From assembly GCF_009914755.1 (NCBI RefSeq), contig NC_060936.1: 64,000 nt of DNA; one strand, 5' to 3'. Below, one piece after another: positions 26,790 to 42,342 of this stretch. The DNA is from the human T2T-CHM13v2.0 reference genome, Homo sapiens. The stretch's first letter is position 1; every line of letters starts with the position of its first letter. Under the pieces are notes generated by a model, which saw only the letters and a program-made list of their open reading frames with translations, made no database searches and had not been told where the DNA came from. Both the position numbers and the translations under genes were made by a program.

Positions 26790-28483
26790 GAGTATTTTTC
26801 ATTTTAATAAAAGTTCTGGGAGGATCTACACTAAAGTGTTAACTGCTATTTCTGCATGAAGAGACTGTGGATTTTTTTCTTATTTTCATGTATGAGGATA
26901 ATAATGATGTGTACTAGTATTGACTTGGTTATAACAAACTAAAAATAATCTTTTAACCCAAGAACAAAGAATATTTTGTCTTTTTATGAGAATTTACTTT
27001 TTACAGAGAACTTTTAGATCCATTGAATCAATGGTACTTCACAACTACACTGCAAAGAAAACATTTATTCCTGCTTCCCGATGAGGAAACCAAAATGGGA
27101 GAAGGGGAAACCATGTGGCCTCAGATGACAAAGCAAGTAAGAAATAGAGCCTGTTTAGATGCCCAGGTCCCTGATGTCTGCTTCAAGTGGTTTTTCGTTT
27201 CCCTCAGCATCACTAAAGATTTAATGAAAGCAGATTGATCATAGCTAAATATGCTTCCTCTGTCAGAATGAAGAGCATTTGGCAATGTAAAAAAATAGAG
27301 TTTTAAGTGATGAAAGCGCAAGTCCAGAAGGAGACTGGGAGAGGAGGAAGGCCTTCACAGCACTGTTGGGTACTTCCATACAAGGCCAGTGTCACGTAGG
27401 ATACGGTGGCTTCCTTTCTTGATCAACCACCCCCCAAGACTTCAAATCAGCTCTGTTGGTCTGTACTGGAAAATGTGGGCCCACTGTTTAACCTCTTTGG
27501 GCTTCATCATTGTGTTCTATTAAATAGGAGTGATGATAGTCACAAGATTGTTGTCAGAATTTGAAATGTTGATGTATATAAAGCCCTTAACACAGCAGCT
27601 GATGGGTTCTAGCATTGTCATCATAATAAAAACTAGTAATACTGTTAGTAGTAATCACACCACTGCTGCTTTAACGGGAAGTAGCAGACTTGCTGAGGGC
27701 TACCAGGCTGATGGGCACTAATGCTGGAAGATCATGAATCAGAACAATACACTCTAAGGATTCATCAAAACTATTATAATTTTTCTAAGCTTATCTCAGG
27801 TCTCTTCATTCTTATGCTGAGAATTTGACTTCTCAGAGTTTTTTGGGCAACCTCTTTATCACCTTTATCATCTATTTTATAAGAATTATCACCTCCACTA
27901 CCACAAACCTCATTGGTAGTGTTAGACAGATCACTGAGGCAGAAAGCGAACACAGAAATTCTGGACTTAAATTCAACACTTGACCAAATTGTACCTAATA
28001 GACATCTATAGAATACTCCACCCACTGACAACAGAGTATAGTCTTCTCATCTGCATATGAACACACTCCAAGAACAACTACATGCTCAACTATAAACCAA
28101 GTCTTAATAAATTCAAAAAATTTCAAAATAATACCAATCATATTCTTGGACCACACTGGAATAAAAACAGAAATCAATACCAAGATGATCTTTCAAAAAC
28201 CACACAATTACATGGAAATTAAACAATTTGCACTGGATTGGCTTCTAAACAATGAATTTAAGGCAGGAATAAAAAAATTATTTGAAATAAATGAAAACAG
28301 AGACACAACATACCAAAATCTCTGGGATGCAACAAAAGTAGTGTCAACAAGACAGTTAATAGCCCTAAATGCCTAACTCAAAAGGTACAGAGGTCTCAAA
28401 TTAACAATCTAGCATCACACTTAGAGGAGCTACAAAGACAAGAAGAAACAACTCTAAAGCTAGCACAAGAAAAGAAATAACTA

Positions 28484-28794
28484 GGACTGGGCATGTTGGC
28501 TCATGCCTATAATCCCAGCAGTTTGGGAGGCCAAAGTGGAAAAATGATTAAGTCCAGGAGTTTGAGACCAGCCTGGGCAAGGTGGTAAGACCACAGGGCA
28601 ACACTGCAAAACCCCATCTCTACCAAAGTAAAAACAAAAATAAATATTAGCCAGGCATGATGGTGTGTGCCTGTAGTCCCAGCTACTTGCAAGGCTGAGG
28701 TGGGAGGATTGCTTGAGCCCAGGAGTTCAAGGCTGCAGTGAGGTATGATCATGCTACTCCCCACCAGCCTGGATAACAGAGCAAGACCCTGTTG
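28484..28794 (+). mobile_element. AluJ inside L1
   Basis: Full Alu with a small internal duplication near 28575-28605. Confidence 0.9.
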
Positions 28795-28829
28795 AAAGAA
28801 AAAAGAAAGAGGAAAGAAAGAAAGAAGGA

Positions 28830-28889
<60 letters not shown>

Positions 28890-29101
28890 AGAAAGAAAAA
28901 GAAAGAGAAAGAAAAAGAAAGAAAAGAAAGAAAAAAGAAAAAGAGAAAGGAGGGAAGAAAGAAAAAGAGAGAAGGGAGGGAAGGGGAGGGAAGAAAGAAA
29001 GAAAAAGAGAGAGAAAGAGAGGGGGAGGGAGGGAGGAAAAGTAAAGAAGGGAGAAAGAGAGGGAGGGAGGAAAAGTAAAGAAGGGAGAAAGAGAGGGAGG
29101 C
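28795..29101 (+). repeat. (GAAA)n/GA-rich expansion from the Alu tail
   Basis: ~300 bp almost pure purine. Confidence 0.95.
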
Positions 29102-32100
29102 AGAACAGAACTGAACAAAATTGAGACCCAAAAATCCACACAAAGAATCAACAAAAACAAAAGGTGCCTCTTTGACAGCGTAAACAAGATTGATATACTG
29201 CTAGTCAGATTAACAAAGACAAAGAGAAGGTCCAAATAAGAGCAATAAGAAAAGACAGAGGTGACATAACAACCAATCCCACAGAAATACAGAAGATCCT
29301 CAGAGACTATTATTAACACCTCTATGTAAACAAAGTAGAAAATCTGGAGGAAATGGAACAATTCCTGGAAATACACAATCTCCCAAGATTGAATCAGGAG
29401 AAAATTAAAACCCTGAACAGAACAATATTGAGTTCCATAATTGAATCAGTCATAAAAAAATCTATGAACCAAAAAAAGCCCAGACCAAATGGATTCACAG
29501 TTGAATTCTACTAGACTTACAAAGAAGAGCTGATACCAATTCTATTAGAAAAAGTCAAGGAGGAGAGACTCCTTCCTAACTCATTCTACAAAGCCAGCAT
29601 CACCCTGATACTAAAATCTGGCAAAGGCACACACAAAAGCAAAACTACAGGCCAATACCCCGGATGAGCAGAGACACAAAAATCTTCAACAAAATACTAG
29701 CAAATGGAATCTAGCGGCACATCAAAAAGTTAATATACCACAATCAAGTAGACTTTATTACTGGCATGCAAGTTTGGTTCAACATACACAAATCAATGAA
29801 TGTGATTTACCACATAAACAGAATTAAAAAAAAAACCATATGATCATCTCAATAGATGCAGAAAAGTCTTTTGGTAAAATTCAACATCCCTTCATAATAA
29901 AAACCATCAATAAACAAGGCATAGAAAGGACATACCTCAAAATAACAAGAGCCATCTATGACAAACCCAAAGCGAATATGATACTGAACAGGCAAAAGCT
30001 AGAAGCATTCCCCTTGAGAATAAGGATGTCCACTCTCACCACTCCTCTTCAGCATAGTACTGGAAGTTCTAGCCAGAGCAAGCAAGAGAAGGAAATAAAA
30101 GGCATCTAAATGGGAAAAGAAGTCAAACTATCTCTCTCACTAACAATATAACTCTACACCTAGAAAACCCTAAAGACTTCACCAAAACCCTCTTAGAACT
30201 GAGAAACAACTTCACTAAAGTTTCAAAATACAAAATCAATGTACAAAAGCCGGTAGTATTTCTATACGTCAATAACATTCAGGCTGACAGCCTAATAAAA
30301 AAATGCAATCCCATTTACAATAGTCAAAGAGACCCTAAAAAACCTAGGAATACATCTAACCAAAGAGGTGAAAGATCTCTGCAAGGCAAAGTGCAAAACA
30401 CTGCTGAAAGAAATCATAGGTGACACAAACAAATAGAAAAACATTGCGTGCTCATGGATTGGAAGAATCAGTATTGTTAAAATGACTGTACTGCTCAAAG
30501 CAATCTACAGATTCAGTGCTATTCCTTTCAAACCACCATGTCGTCTTTCACAGAATTAGACAAAAACGATTCTAAAATTTAAATGGAACCAAAAAATAGC
30601 CCAAATAGCCAAGGAAATCCTAAGCAAAAAGAACAAAGCCAGAGGCATCACATTATCCAATTTTAAACTGTACTATAAGCCTACAGCAACCAAAACAGCA
30701 TGGTACCGGTACAAAAACAGACATGTAGACCAATGGAACAGAAGAAGAACTCTGAAATAAAGCGACAAACCTAAAGCCATCTGATCTTCAGCAAAGTTAA
30801 CAAAAATAAGCAAAGGGGAAAGACTGTCTATGCAATAAATGGTGCTGGGATATCTGGCCTGCCATGTGCAGAAGAATGAAACTGGACCCCTACTTTTCAC
30901 CATATACAAAGATTAACTGAAGATTGATTAAAGATTAAAATGTAGGACCTCAAACTGTAAGAATTCTAGAAGAAAACCTAGGAAACACTATTCTGGACAT
31001 TGGCCTTTGGAAAGAATTTATGACTAAATCCTCAAAAGCAATTGCAACAACAACCAAAAAAATGACAGGTGAGACCTAATCAAACTAAAGAGCTTCTCTG
31101 CACAGCAAAAGAAACTATCAACATAGTAAACAGACAACCTACAGAATGGGAGAAAATATTCACAAACTATGCATCCAACAAAGGTCTAATCTAATGCAGA
31201 GAATCTATAAGGAACTTAAACCATTGAACAAGCAAAAAACAACAGCATTAAAAAAGACATTAACGGACACTTCTCAAAAGAAGACATACAAGAGGCCAAG
31301 AAATATATGAAAAAAATGGTTCACATCACTAATCATCAGAGGAACATGAAATCAAAACCACAATGAGTTACCATCTCATACCAGTGAGAACGCTATTAAT
31401 AAAAAGCTATTAATACAAGTAAAAATATCAAATGTCATCAAGGCTGCAGAAAAAAGGGAATGCTTATACAGTGTTGGTGGGAATGTAAATTAGTTCAGCC
31501 CCTGTTTGGAGATTTCTCAAAGGACTAAAGACAGAACTATCATCTGACCCAGCAATCCTATTACTAGGTATATACCCAAAAGAAAATAAATTGTTCTGCC
31601 AAAAAGGCACATGCACTTGTATGTTCATTACAGCACTATTCACAATAACAAAGACATGGAATGAACCTAGGTGCCCAGCAACGGTGCATTGGATAAAGGA
31701 AATGTGGTACACATACATCATAGAATACTATGCAGCCATAAAAAGAGCGAAATAATATCCTTTGCAGCGACATGGATGCAGCTGGAGGCCATTACCCTAA
31801 GCAAATTTACTCAGGAACTGGAAACTAAAAGCCACGTTTTCTTATTTATAAGTGAGAGCTAAACGTTGGGTAATCGTGGACATAAAAGTGGCAGCAATAG
31901 ACACTGGGGACTATTAGAGTGGGGAGGAAGGGAGACGGGCAAGGGTTGATAAACTATTGGGTACTATGCTGACTACCTGGGTGACAGGATCAATCATACC
32001 CCAAACCTCAGCATCAGGCAATATTTCCAGGTACCAAACCTGCACATGTACCCCCTGAATCTAAAATAGAAGTCAAAATTATAAAAATAAAAGAAAAAAG

Positions 32101-33275
32101 AAGTATTATCCCCTCCACTTTGGTCCCCTGAACCCTCTGAGAATAAGAAAATTAGTTTCTTTGTGGAGGAACGGCATGGTTCCTCGGTTCCTTCCCATTT
32201 TGGTAGTTAATTGTGATTCCCCACTAGTATAAAGGATTCTGGAAGGCTGCCATCTTATGTAGACTTACAGAAAAAGTGGCAGAAGGAGTCTGACTGGCTG
32301 GCCCAGGATTCATGTTCACAAGTAGACTGAGCAGCCCTTGTGCTTTGCGATCATTCTGGCCATCAAACTCCATGGCCCCATATTCGTGTCACTTGCCCAA
32401 GGTCCTTCCGTCCAAATGGCCAAACCCACCTGATGTTGACATGATATACAGTTTGCAAAGTGTTTCCCGTAATATTTTGTTTGCACCCCAACCTTGTAAG
32501 GGATTATTAACTATTCTATTTACAGCTGGAAAAAAATGAATAATTTTTGAAATCTGACATTGAAGAAACCCTAGAAGTTAGCCCAACTCAATCCCTTATT
32601 TTCTCAGATGATGACATTGAGACCCTGAAAAGTTAAGTGCCTTGTTCAAAATCACAGTGACAGTAATGACAACAAGGGTGTCTTGATCAGATATGGTACT
32701 GAGCACTCAGAGTATGTCGTCTCATTTTGTTCTCACAACCATCTTACAAAGTAGGACATGTTGAAAATAAGATAAGCAAACTGAGAGGGCTGAGTCAAGG
32801 CCAGGTTTTCTGATGCAAGTTCAGTGCAGCTTCACTCCTCACAGCTACGCCAGGGTGGCCCCTCTCCACTCCTGACGTCAGGGCCATCTGAGGGGAGGAC
32901 ATGGCTGTCAGCTGGGAAGAGTGAAATGGGCAAAGACTGCGTCACGGCTGGAAGGGATCGTGGCAAGGGCACAGGCAGCAGGAAAGCTGGTGAGTCACCA
33001 GAAAGTCTGGCTAAGGATGAGACTGAGATCAGTTCAACAAAACAGCCAAAACGATCACAGCGGCATCTCTCTCTGACCACCCAGATTACTTTCAGCAGCA
33101 GCACAGTATGAGCAAGGCTGAGCTCCAGGGAGAGCCAGGGAACAAGCCAGAAATTTTTATCAGGATTTCTTTTTCACACGAACTCCTCAGACTCTAAATC
33201 CAGCCCTTTAAACTGGTGAAGCAAAGGTCCAAGAGAAAATTTGCTGATTATATGAATTTTCACCAGCAGTAAATC

Positions 33276-33487
33276 AGTGGTTCTCTACTAGGATAACTGC
33301 GCCCCCAGGGGACATTTGACAATGTCTAGAGACAATTTTCGTTGGAGGGTTGGGAGAGCGCTACTGGTAAATAATGGAGAAAGGCCACAGATGTGGCTAA
33401 ATATCCTTCAATGCATGGGACGGCCCCTTTCAACAAAGAATTATCCCACCCAAAAATGTTCATAGTGTCGAGGCTGAGAAACTTTGG
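33276..33487. mobile_element. MER20 (hAT-Charlie)
   Basis: cagtggttctc...ccccaggggacatttgacaatgtc...gaggctgagaaac. Confidence 0.85.
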
Positions 33488-34159
33488 TGCAAATGAAGCT
33501 GAGCTGCGTATAAACATAACTTCATTTGCACAATAAACACCCCAGCTTTCAGAGAAATAGTCAACTAGATCAAAGGGCACTGGAGTGGGGACTGCAAGGC
33601 CTGATTTCTAGTTCTAACTTGATGACAAGTTTGGAACTTTGGGTGTCTTTTTCTTCCTAGAACTAGAGCAGCCATGTGATGCGGCCAGAGCCTTCCTGGG
33701 GTTGGCTAGTGGCATATAGGAAACAGCAGGGCTACTCTACCTTTGCAAAACATTCTTAAGTTATGATTAACCCAAGCATCTCAGTGTTGATGGACCACCT
33801 TTGTTTTAGTAGGGCCTCAGCACTTTTTTCCTCCAATTAAAAAGGTAATCCATATCATTATAGAAACTTAAGAAAATACAGAATAACACAAACAGAAGAA
33901 AAAAAGTATCTTATAATCCCATCTCTTAGAAAGGAGTCTTATTCTGAAGGTCTCCAGATACTGACCTTCATTTTCAATATTTTGAAGAGGAAGGGGAGAA
34001 GAGAGAGTCACTGTCCTCCTCCTTTTGTTGTTGTTTTTGTTTTCTTTTTCACTTCTTTATAGTACAAGCGAGCTTTACCAATTAGTCAAAAGTGGAGTTC
34101 AAAGAGTTTTAACTGTAGCTACTTGTGTTTGTACTAATGTTTTAACTTTTTAAAAAAGT

Positions 34160-34625
34160 TAAAGTTGTTGATTGTGGTAAAATACAAATAACATAAAACT
34201 TACCACCTTAACCATTTTTGACTGTACAGTTCAGTAGTGTTGTGAGTCAATCTCCAGAACCTTTTCATTTTCCAAAACAAATACTCTGAACTCATTAAAC
34301 AATAACTCCTCAATTTCCTCCTCCTCTAGCCCCTGGCAGCCACCATTCTACTTCCTGTTTTATGAACTTGACTACTCCAGATTCCTCATGTAAGAGAAAT
34401 TATACAGCATTTGTCTTTTTGTGACTATTTCACTTAGCATAATGTCTTCAAGGTTGATCTATGTTGTAGCACATGTCTGAATTTGCTTGCTTTTTAATGC
34501 TGAACAGTATTCCATTGTGTATCCCATTTTGTTGATCCATTTATCTATTGATGGGCATGTGGGTTGCTTCCCCTTTGGCTATTAGGAATAATGCTGCTGT
34601 AAACACGGGTGTACGAATTTCCCTT
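34160..34625 (-). mobile_element. L1MB-type 3' end
   Basis: cccctggcagccaccattctacttc, tttcacttagcataatg. Confidence 0.8.
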
Positions 34626-35423
34626 AGAAACTCTGTGTTGTGTCTTAACTTCTTGGTTCCTCCTTTGTTTTTGTTGTAAAAATGGAGGAAAAAGGAACAC
34701 CTGCCTTGCAAACCCCCAGATAGAGTGCTGGATAAACAGTGAAGAGCCAATGTTTCCACAGGAGGAAGGATTAGATAGGGAGAGCTGGTTCACATTGAAA
34801 ATGCTGCATGGGACTAATGAGACGTAGGGGGTCAGAGAAAGCCTGAGGCCTGCAGCTGCTCTTCCATGAGTACCCATCCTCATCCCCCCGTCGAGTCCCA
34901 TGACCTGGCCCTCCCATCATTGTGGCTTTCCTTCTTGTCTGTGGTTTGGTTGTCTGGATTCTCTGTAAAACTCTTCTTCCCTTCCATTGCCTGAAAAATG
35001 CCTATCGCATTTCAAGACCCCCTTGAATGAGTGTCCTGTCTGTAGAGCACCTGTATAAAAACTCAGACATATTTTGTTTCACACTGTGTGAAGTAAAGCA
35101 ATTCCTACCTGAGTAACATAAAATCAGATTATCTTGGTGTTTAATAATTCCTCTACTGTAAATGACGAAGCTTTGGAAAACAATTCTTTCAGAATGATAG
35201 AGCTATAAACTTCTCCTTCGGGAGGCAAAGTCCAATCCTGGTGGGCCCAAAGAGACATATCTTTCTTTAAGTCGCCCTACATTCTTGTGAAACTCAGTTT
35301 GCTCTTAGAAAACAAAGGGATGGTCCTCTGGAAGACCCAAGGCCACGCCCAGGAGCTGCCAACTCAAACAGTTGGAGGGGATTGGAAGGCTCCATGTTTT
35401 TAGTTATTTTCAGTTCTAACTCA

Positions 35424-35792
35424 TGACAAAGCAAAAACACTGAGACCGAAGAGGCTGACAAATCCAGTTCACAGAAAGAAACATTCAATAGGGATTTACA
35501 GAAGTGATGTCTTGGGCAGCCATGAGATGGTGGATCCCTGCACCCACCCTCCAGAAAGTATTCTTTACATAGCAAGCTTTTAGGGTAAAGCATGTGCTGC
35601 TGCTTGTCACACCTTCAGATTTTCTCGTGGATACTTGTGACCACTTCTTTATGAAGGGTAATTTATACTACAGGCATTGTTTAAAGGCCTTGCTGCAGAA
35701 CACCCTGGCCTATGGGGGTCAAACATCAGTTATCATGGTGCTTTTGCTTCAAGACAGCATCACTCTTACCATGCAACAGCTGTTTTCCTACA
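35424..35792 (-). mobile_element. ERV LTR (LTR47-like) inside a relict exon
   Basis: Sense start tgtaggaaaacagctgttgcatggtaagagtgatgctgtcttgaagc. Confidence 0.65.
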
Positions 35793-36542
35793 TATACAAA
35801 TGTGTACATGAAGAGAGAAGGAAGCAAAAACACTTAAAATATGAGAAAAATAAGAACAAGTAAAGCCTGATTGATTATGACCCAGTACTGTCAGGTAAAT
35901 CTTGGAGAGAACGGAATTATTAGGTGGCTCTATTAAAGGATTTCTTACATATTTGTAATTATTTATAATATAGACTTTGTAAACATGCTGAAACTATTAG
36001 TGAAAGATAAAGAGCTTCCTGTTGTTTAAAATGATGCATTGACCTATTAGGAAAAATTCATCACCTGAATGTGGCTTACAGCATTGCCATCAGGAACAGT
36101 TCATGCTGTGAGAAAAATAAAATTATGGAAGCTCTGAAAATGTGACCTTTTAGAATCCCTCTGGAATTAAAGGATGTGAAAAGGATTTAGCTATATTACT
36201 AATATGGCTGTGGTTGTTTGTTTCCACTCACTACAACTACCTTCCTGCATGTAAATAAATGGTAACATAATCAAGCCTTTGTGATAGTTTATTAGAATAT
36301 TGCCTCTCAACTGAATATGTCCTTAGATCCTTCTTCCACAGCTTTTACATGAGGTGTTTTCATATAGCACAGAAACATTATTTTCCTTCTGTAATTGCTC
36401 CTGTAGAAGGGTAAGACTAGCACTTTTGCAAAAGGGTGACATTTACAAATTGTTTTTGTCTTCAGAGTAAGCCACTGTTTACATTTAAGAAAAATGAAGT
36501 CCCACTAGTTTTCCTTGGGTATGACTGAGGGATTTCCCATCA

Positions 36543-37428
<886 letters not shown>

Positions 37429-37619
37429 CTGTCTTACGTAGATTTTCTGTTGATTAGAATTGTAATCATGATGTGTAAGAGGTCCCTGTTCAGATGGAGT
37501 TAAATGTTTCAAGTTATGTATATTGCTCTGCTTGGGACATCAGGCCCTGGAGAGTGCTGTAAAATTGGCAATGGATCTAATGGCTGAGATTAACAACTGT
37601 GTCCAGGCCAGACAGTCTA

Positions 37620-38166
37620 GTCTGGTTGCCCCAGAGGGACATCTGCAGATGTGTGGAGACATTTTGAGTTGTCAAAACTGGGCACAGGAGGATGCTACCC
37701 CATCTAGTGGGCAGGGGCTGGGGGTGTTGCTATCTGACAATGCACAGGACAGACTCCACCACAAATAGTTAACTAGGTTGTATTAATTTGTTAAGGCTGC
37801 CATAACAACGCACCACAGAATGGGTGCTTTAAGTAACATAAATTTATTGTCTCAGAGTTCTGAAGGCTAGCAGTCCAAAAACAAGGTTCCTTCTGCAGGC
37901 TCTGTTCTAGGGAAGGCTTTGTTCTAGACCTTTCTTCTTGGCTTGTAGGTGGCTGTTTTCTCCCTGTGTCTCTTCAAGTCATCTTCCCTCTATGTTTATT
38001 TCTCTGTCCAAATTTCCCCTTTTTATGAGGACACCAGTCATTTTTGAGTAGGGTCCACCCTGGTGATCTCATTTTAACCCAATTACCTCTGTAAAGACCT
38101 TATCAAACCATATTCAAACCATAAAACAACCTAAAAGTCAATAGTGCCAAGGTGGAGATGCTCTGG
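37620..38166. mobile_element. MER20 split by an MLT1C-like LTR (37779-~38125)
   Basis: MER20 left gccccagagggacatctg and right gtcaatagtgccaaggtggag; MLT1 tgtattaatttgttaaggctgccataac. Confidence 0.7.
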
Positions 38167-38380
38167 TTTAAATGGTTGCTTGGCTTCTATGCCTTCTTGC
38201 CTTCTTTCTGTCTTTAACTTACTTTAATCTTTGGACAGTGTTTGCCTAGAAAAATGATGGGAGTTTTAATTTATCTTCAGGACTTAATCACTAGGGCTGG
38301 CATTTAGGGGTAGATACCTAGAAACATTACAATGATAAGGTAAAAATTTAGCTTTCATTTCCCCATCCAGCACCAAGTAG

Positions 38381-38875
<495 letters not shown>

Positions 38876-38889
38876 TGAACTGAAATGCC

Positions 38890-39165
38890 TTAATGATATA
38901 GAGTAATGTAAAAATATGGACTCCCAGGTGAGTCAAATGTAGGTTTCCATCCCACTCTGTCATGATTGCTTTTAACCTTGGGAAAGCTAAGTTACCCCTC
39001 TCTAAATCTCCAGTCATTTTCTTATTGGTAAAAGGAGAGATAATAAGGTTATTTGCACTACAGACAGAGATGAAGAGAGGATTATGAAATAGTGCATGTA
39101 GTGAGATTAGCTTAATGCCTGGTCCAAAGAATGTAGACACTAAACATTAGCTGTTGGTATTATTA
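38890..39165 (+). mobile_element. MIR
   Basis: accttgggaaagctaagtta...taaacattagctg. Confidence 0.65.
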
Positions 39166-40239
39166 CTAACAGAGAGATGAAAATGACACCTTGTAATCAT
39201 TCCGTGACCTCAGCGACATTGATGTTACATCTACAGTGCACTAAGCACTGGGAATGCAAACGTGATAAGATCCTTGAAGTCTAGTGAAGAAGGAAAGCAA
39301 GGAGAGAGTAACAGCTGTGTGTGAAGTGCTGTAACAGAGCTATGCACAACCGTCTACAGGAACAGGAAGGAAGGATTTCTAGAAAAGGCCTTTGGGAAAA
39401 TGTCCAGGAAATATTTATAGAAACCTGAAGTCATCACATTGATTTACCTAAATGTGACTCAGGTTATACATCAGCAGCTTTTTCAGATTCTATTATGACA
39501 AAATCATGCCCCCTTCATCACTGCAAGAACCAATACAGAGTTTTCAAATATTAAATGAAAAATGCAAAAGGGAAGAGAGAAAACAGAATGTAAAATGTTA
39601 ATACACAATTTGTTTCTGTGAAAATAGAAATGAGAAAAGAGGTGAAGCAATGATAAGTTATGCCTAAATATTCATGGATAAAGTAAACAACTAACATTTT
39701 AAAAAATGTGTTTGTTTTGGCAATGAAGGATAGTCAGGAAATCCCATTTATGGTACAAATACAGTAGAAGTGAAAAATATAGGAACAGTTATGGCCAATA
39801 ATGTTATTTTTAGAAGGAAAATAGAAATGAAAGAAATTGCTGAAATATAATGCCCATGAATAGAGTTTGTCTGCTTTTTTGACAAAGTGGAGTTTTTCCT
39901 GTTGCTTAGGACAGTGACACCACGTAGGTTCCAAAGAAGCTGTTGAATACAGTGGCTGCCCATCAGCCAAAAGATAATAAATAATAAGCTAAGATGAATA
40001 GAAATAAGTCACCTTTGAAGATCTTTACATAAAAAAGGAGTTTGAAATGTCACATTAGAAGGAACAGGTATCAGAATTGAGTCTGATCTTCAGGAGCTCA
40101 TTTGAGATACTAAACAATTAGTTCAACCACCGTGTGTTGAGGCCCCGCTACTGCTGGGGCTGGTCTGGGGCCATAAAGCAGGGCTGCCCTGCTTGAGTGA
40201 GGTGGAGGGGAACAAGGAAACAGGTGTGATCTTTGCCAT

Positions 40240-40793
40240 TGTGAAAGAAAAATAAAATCTCAGGACCCCAAACTCACTATGCTGAAAGGAAAAGTTAAGC
40301 TTGGAAACTGAGTCTCACACACACACAACTGCCTTTCCTTTTGTTCCTAAATAGATATCTCCCCAGGTGGCCCCCAGCACCCTGTGCATGTATATTAACA
40401 GCTTATCTTCATGGGCGCAGGACAAGGGAAGACTAGAAATCATCCCCCTGCCCACACCTAGAGGAATACATCTTTGACTTCTGCCTCTCCTTTATGTTTA
40501 CTTATCTTATGTAAAAGGCAGATTCACTGAGCACCAGATGAATACATCATTGACTATTCTTCTACCCCCTTCTTTTCATGTGCAAAAGAATGTAATCACT
40601 TGTCTCATTTATCTACCCTCCCTTTTTTTTTTTCTTTCCTCCCTTCCCTCCTGCTCCTTTGAATATTGAAGCACTCAAAATTCGCTCTGGAAAAAGTGCA
40701 CAGATTTTACTGTGGCTTGTGTCTCTATTTCCCGAGCATGTCCTCATCCTTGGCAAAATAAACCTCTAAATAGATTGAGACCCGTCTCACTCA
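40240..40793 (+). mobile_element. MER4-family ERV1 LTR
   Basis: tgtgaaagaaaaataaaatctcaggaccccaaactcact...ggcaaaataaacctctaaa. Confidence 0.8.
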
Positions 40794-42342
40794 TCATAGA
40801 GGGAAGCACAGGGGCACTGGATTCACAAGGAAGGGGTCAGAAATAAACTCCTGGAAAAATAACACATTTTTAAAAAAGTCCTTCCCACATTCATCCATTT
40901 ATTAAACAGTCATCCTTTACTCACGTATAATGTGCCAGGCACCAGGTTTGGGTCTGGAAAGAGAAAGATAAGGCATAGCCGCTGCCCAAGAGCCTTAAGG
41001 TTTGGTTGAAATCACATAAATCACAAATGCACAGACTGTTAGAGATATGCTAGACGCATGCCTCGGATGGGAGAGGACCCTGGAGTGAGAAGTTTTATTG
41101 TAGGAAAACACCAGATCCCCAGTGAGACAGTCTCCAGGCAACTTGAATTCACCAGCAACAGGGCCCAGGCAGTGAGAAGAGAGAAACAATTGGTTTTGCC
41201 ACCTCTTTCAGTGCCACTGGGTAGCCTGGTGTCTTCACTATAAACCCCACTCACCAGGAGAAGCAGGGCAGCTTACCCAAGCACAAGCAACTGAAAGACC
41301 AGTTTACCAAAAAACAATTTGTCATCAATTCATCAAATTTAACATGTTATTTAAAAAAAAACTTTGCTTATCTTATTTATAAACATATAGTGACTTGTCT
41401 CCAATGGAACAGTTTTAGTAGTTTTGGAGAATTTCTACAGTTTTCATTGACGAGGTTTTATTTTGTCTTTGTAGCAGCATTTAAAGAAGTCTTTAAGTGT
41501 TTTCAAAACGTATTCAAAATTCAAAAATCATCCCATAACCAAAAAATCAGTGTTTGTTTCCTACAAGAAATTTTCAGTTTATACTGATTTCTTTCATGTC
41601 TTTTTGGTTTTGCCAACATTTTAGCATACCTCTTATTATTCTGCCAATTTCTCAAATTGGGGCACTATATTCTAGGAATTTCCTTTATCAATCTAACTTT
41701 TCTAACAACTTAATTCATATTTACTTGTGATGTTGTTGATCCTGTAGCTTCCAGTTTATCAGTTTACCAGTCTTTTCAGTATTTTTAGGATTTTTTAAGC
41801 CATTAAAACAAAACCCTTTTATGACAGTTTTGGATTTACACTTGGTGAATATCAAACTTGAGGCATTGGTCATGAAAATAATTATAATACAATCTTCTGG
41901 GCACCCTTACTTCCTTTTTGCTTCCTTGGCTTGTTTTATCTCAAATTTGTTCTTGTGAGAAATTTTAAATGTCCATAATTTCTTACAGAATAGTTTGGAG
42001 ATATAACTAATTTTTTCAGGTGCTTTTGAGTTCAAATTTTAAACTTTAATTTAAAAACATCTCATTTGCTGTTGCTTACCTGAAAATACGCAGTTGAAAT
42101 TTCATCCTTTTATCTTAAGCCTTTACTATTTTAATCTAATTTGACTTAATACAATTTAATTTAAAGTTTTAATTGCTAGAAGCTTAAAATTAAGACTGAT
42201 AAACCATTTAAGAAATTTGCAAAATGATACTAAGGATTGAAAAATAGGAAAATGACATTTGAATCATTAAATGAAACAAGTTGAATATTATTTAGTAAAA
42301 ATTTAAAGTTAGATAAATTGGTCATTAAGAAACTGAAATGCA

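Larger units (their letters stand above)
27900..32100 (+). mobile_element. L1PA16-like, 5'-truncated within the ORF2 endonuclease region, inactive
   Basis: ORF2 fragments ([17 protein letters not shown]); 19-bp TSD aag(a/t)attatc(a/c)cctccact at 27881-27899 / 32101-32119. Confidence 0.95.

Noticed and set aside
28507-29376. 289-aa ORF (longest in the track) and overlapping ORFs
   Set aside because: Antisense L1 + (CTTT)n + Alu; low-complexity artefact.
29840-31862. RT-like ORFs (also 53821-57395 and 14447-14914)
   Set aside because: Fragments of inactive L1 ORF1/ORF2 with many stops and frameshifts.
36186-36215. FSYITNMAVV resembling an RT YxDD motif
   Set aside because: Catalytic aspartates absent; the block is better explained as a spliced relict exon.
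39456-39473. DSGYTS (beta-TrCP degron-like) translation
   Set aside because: Lies upstream of the phase-compatible acceptor at 39486 and in another frame; may be chance.
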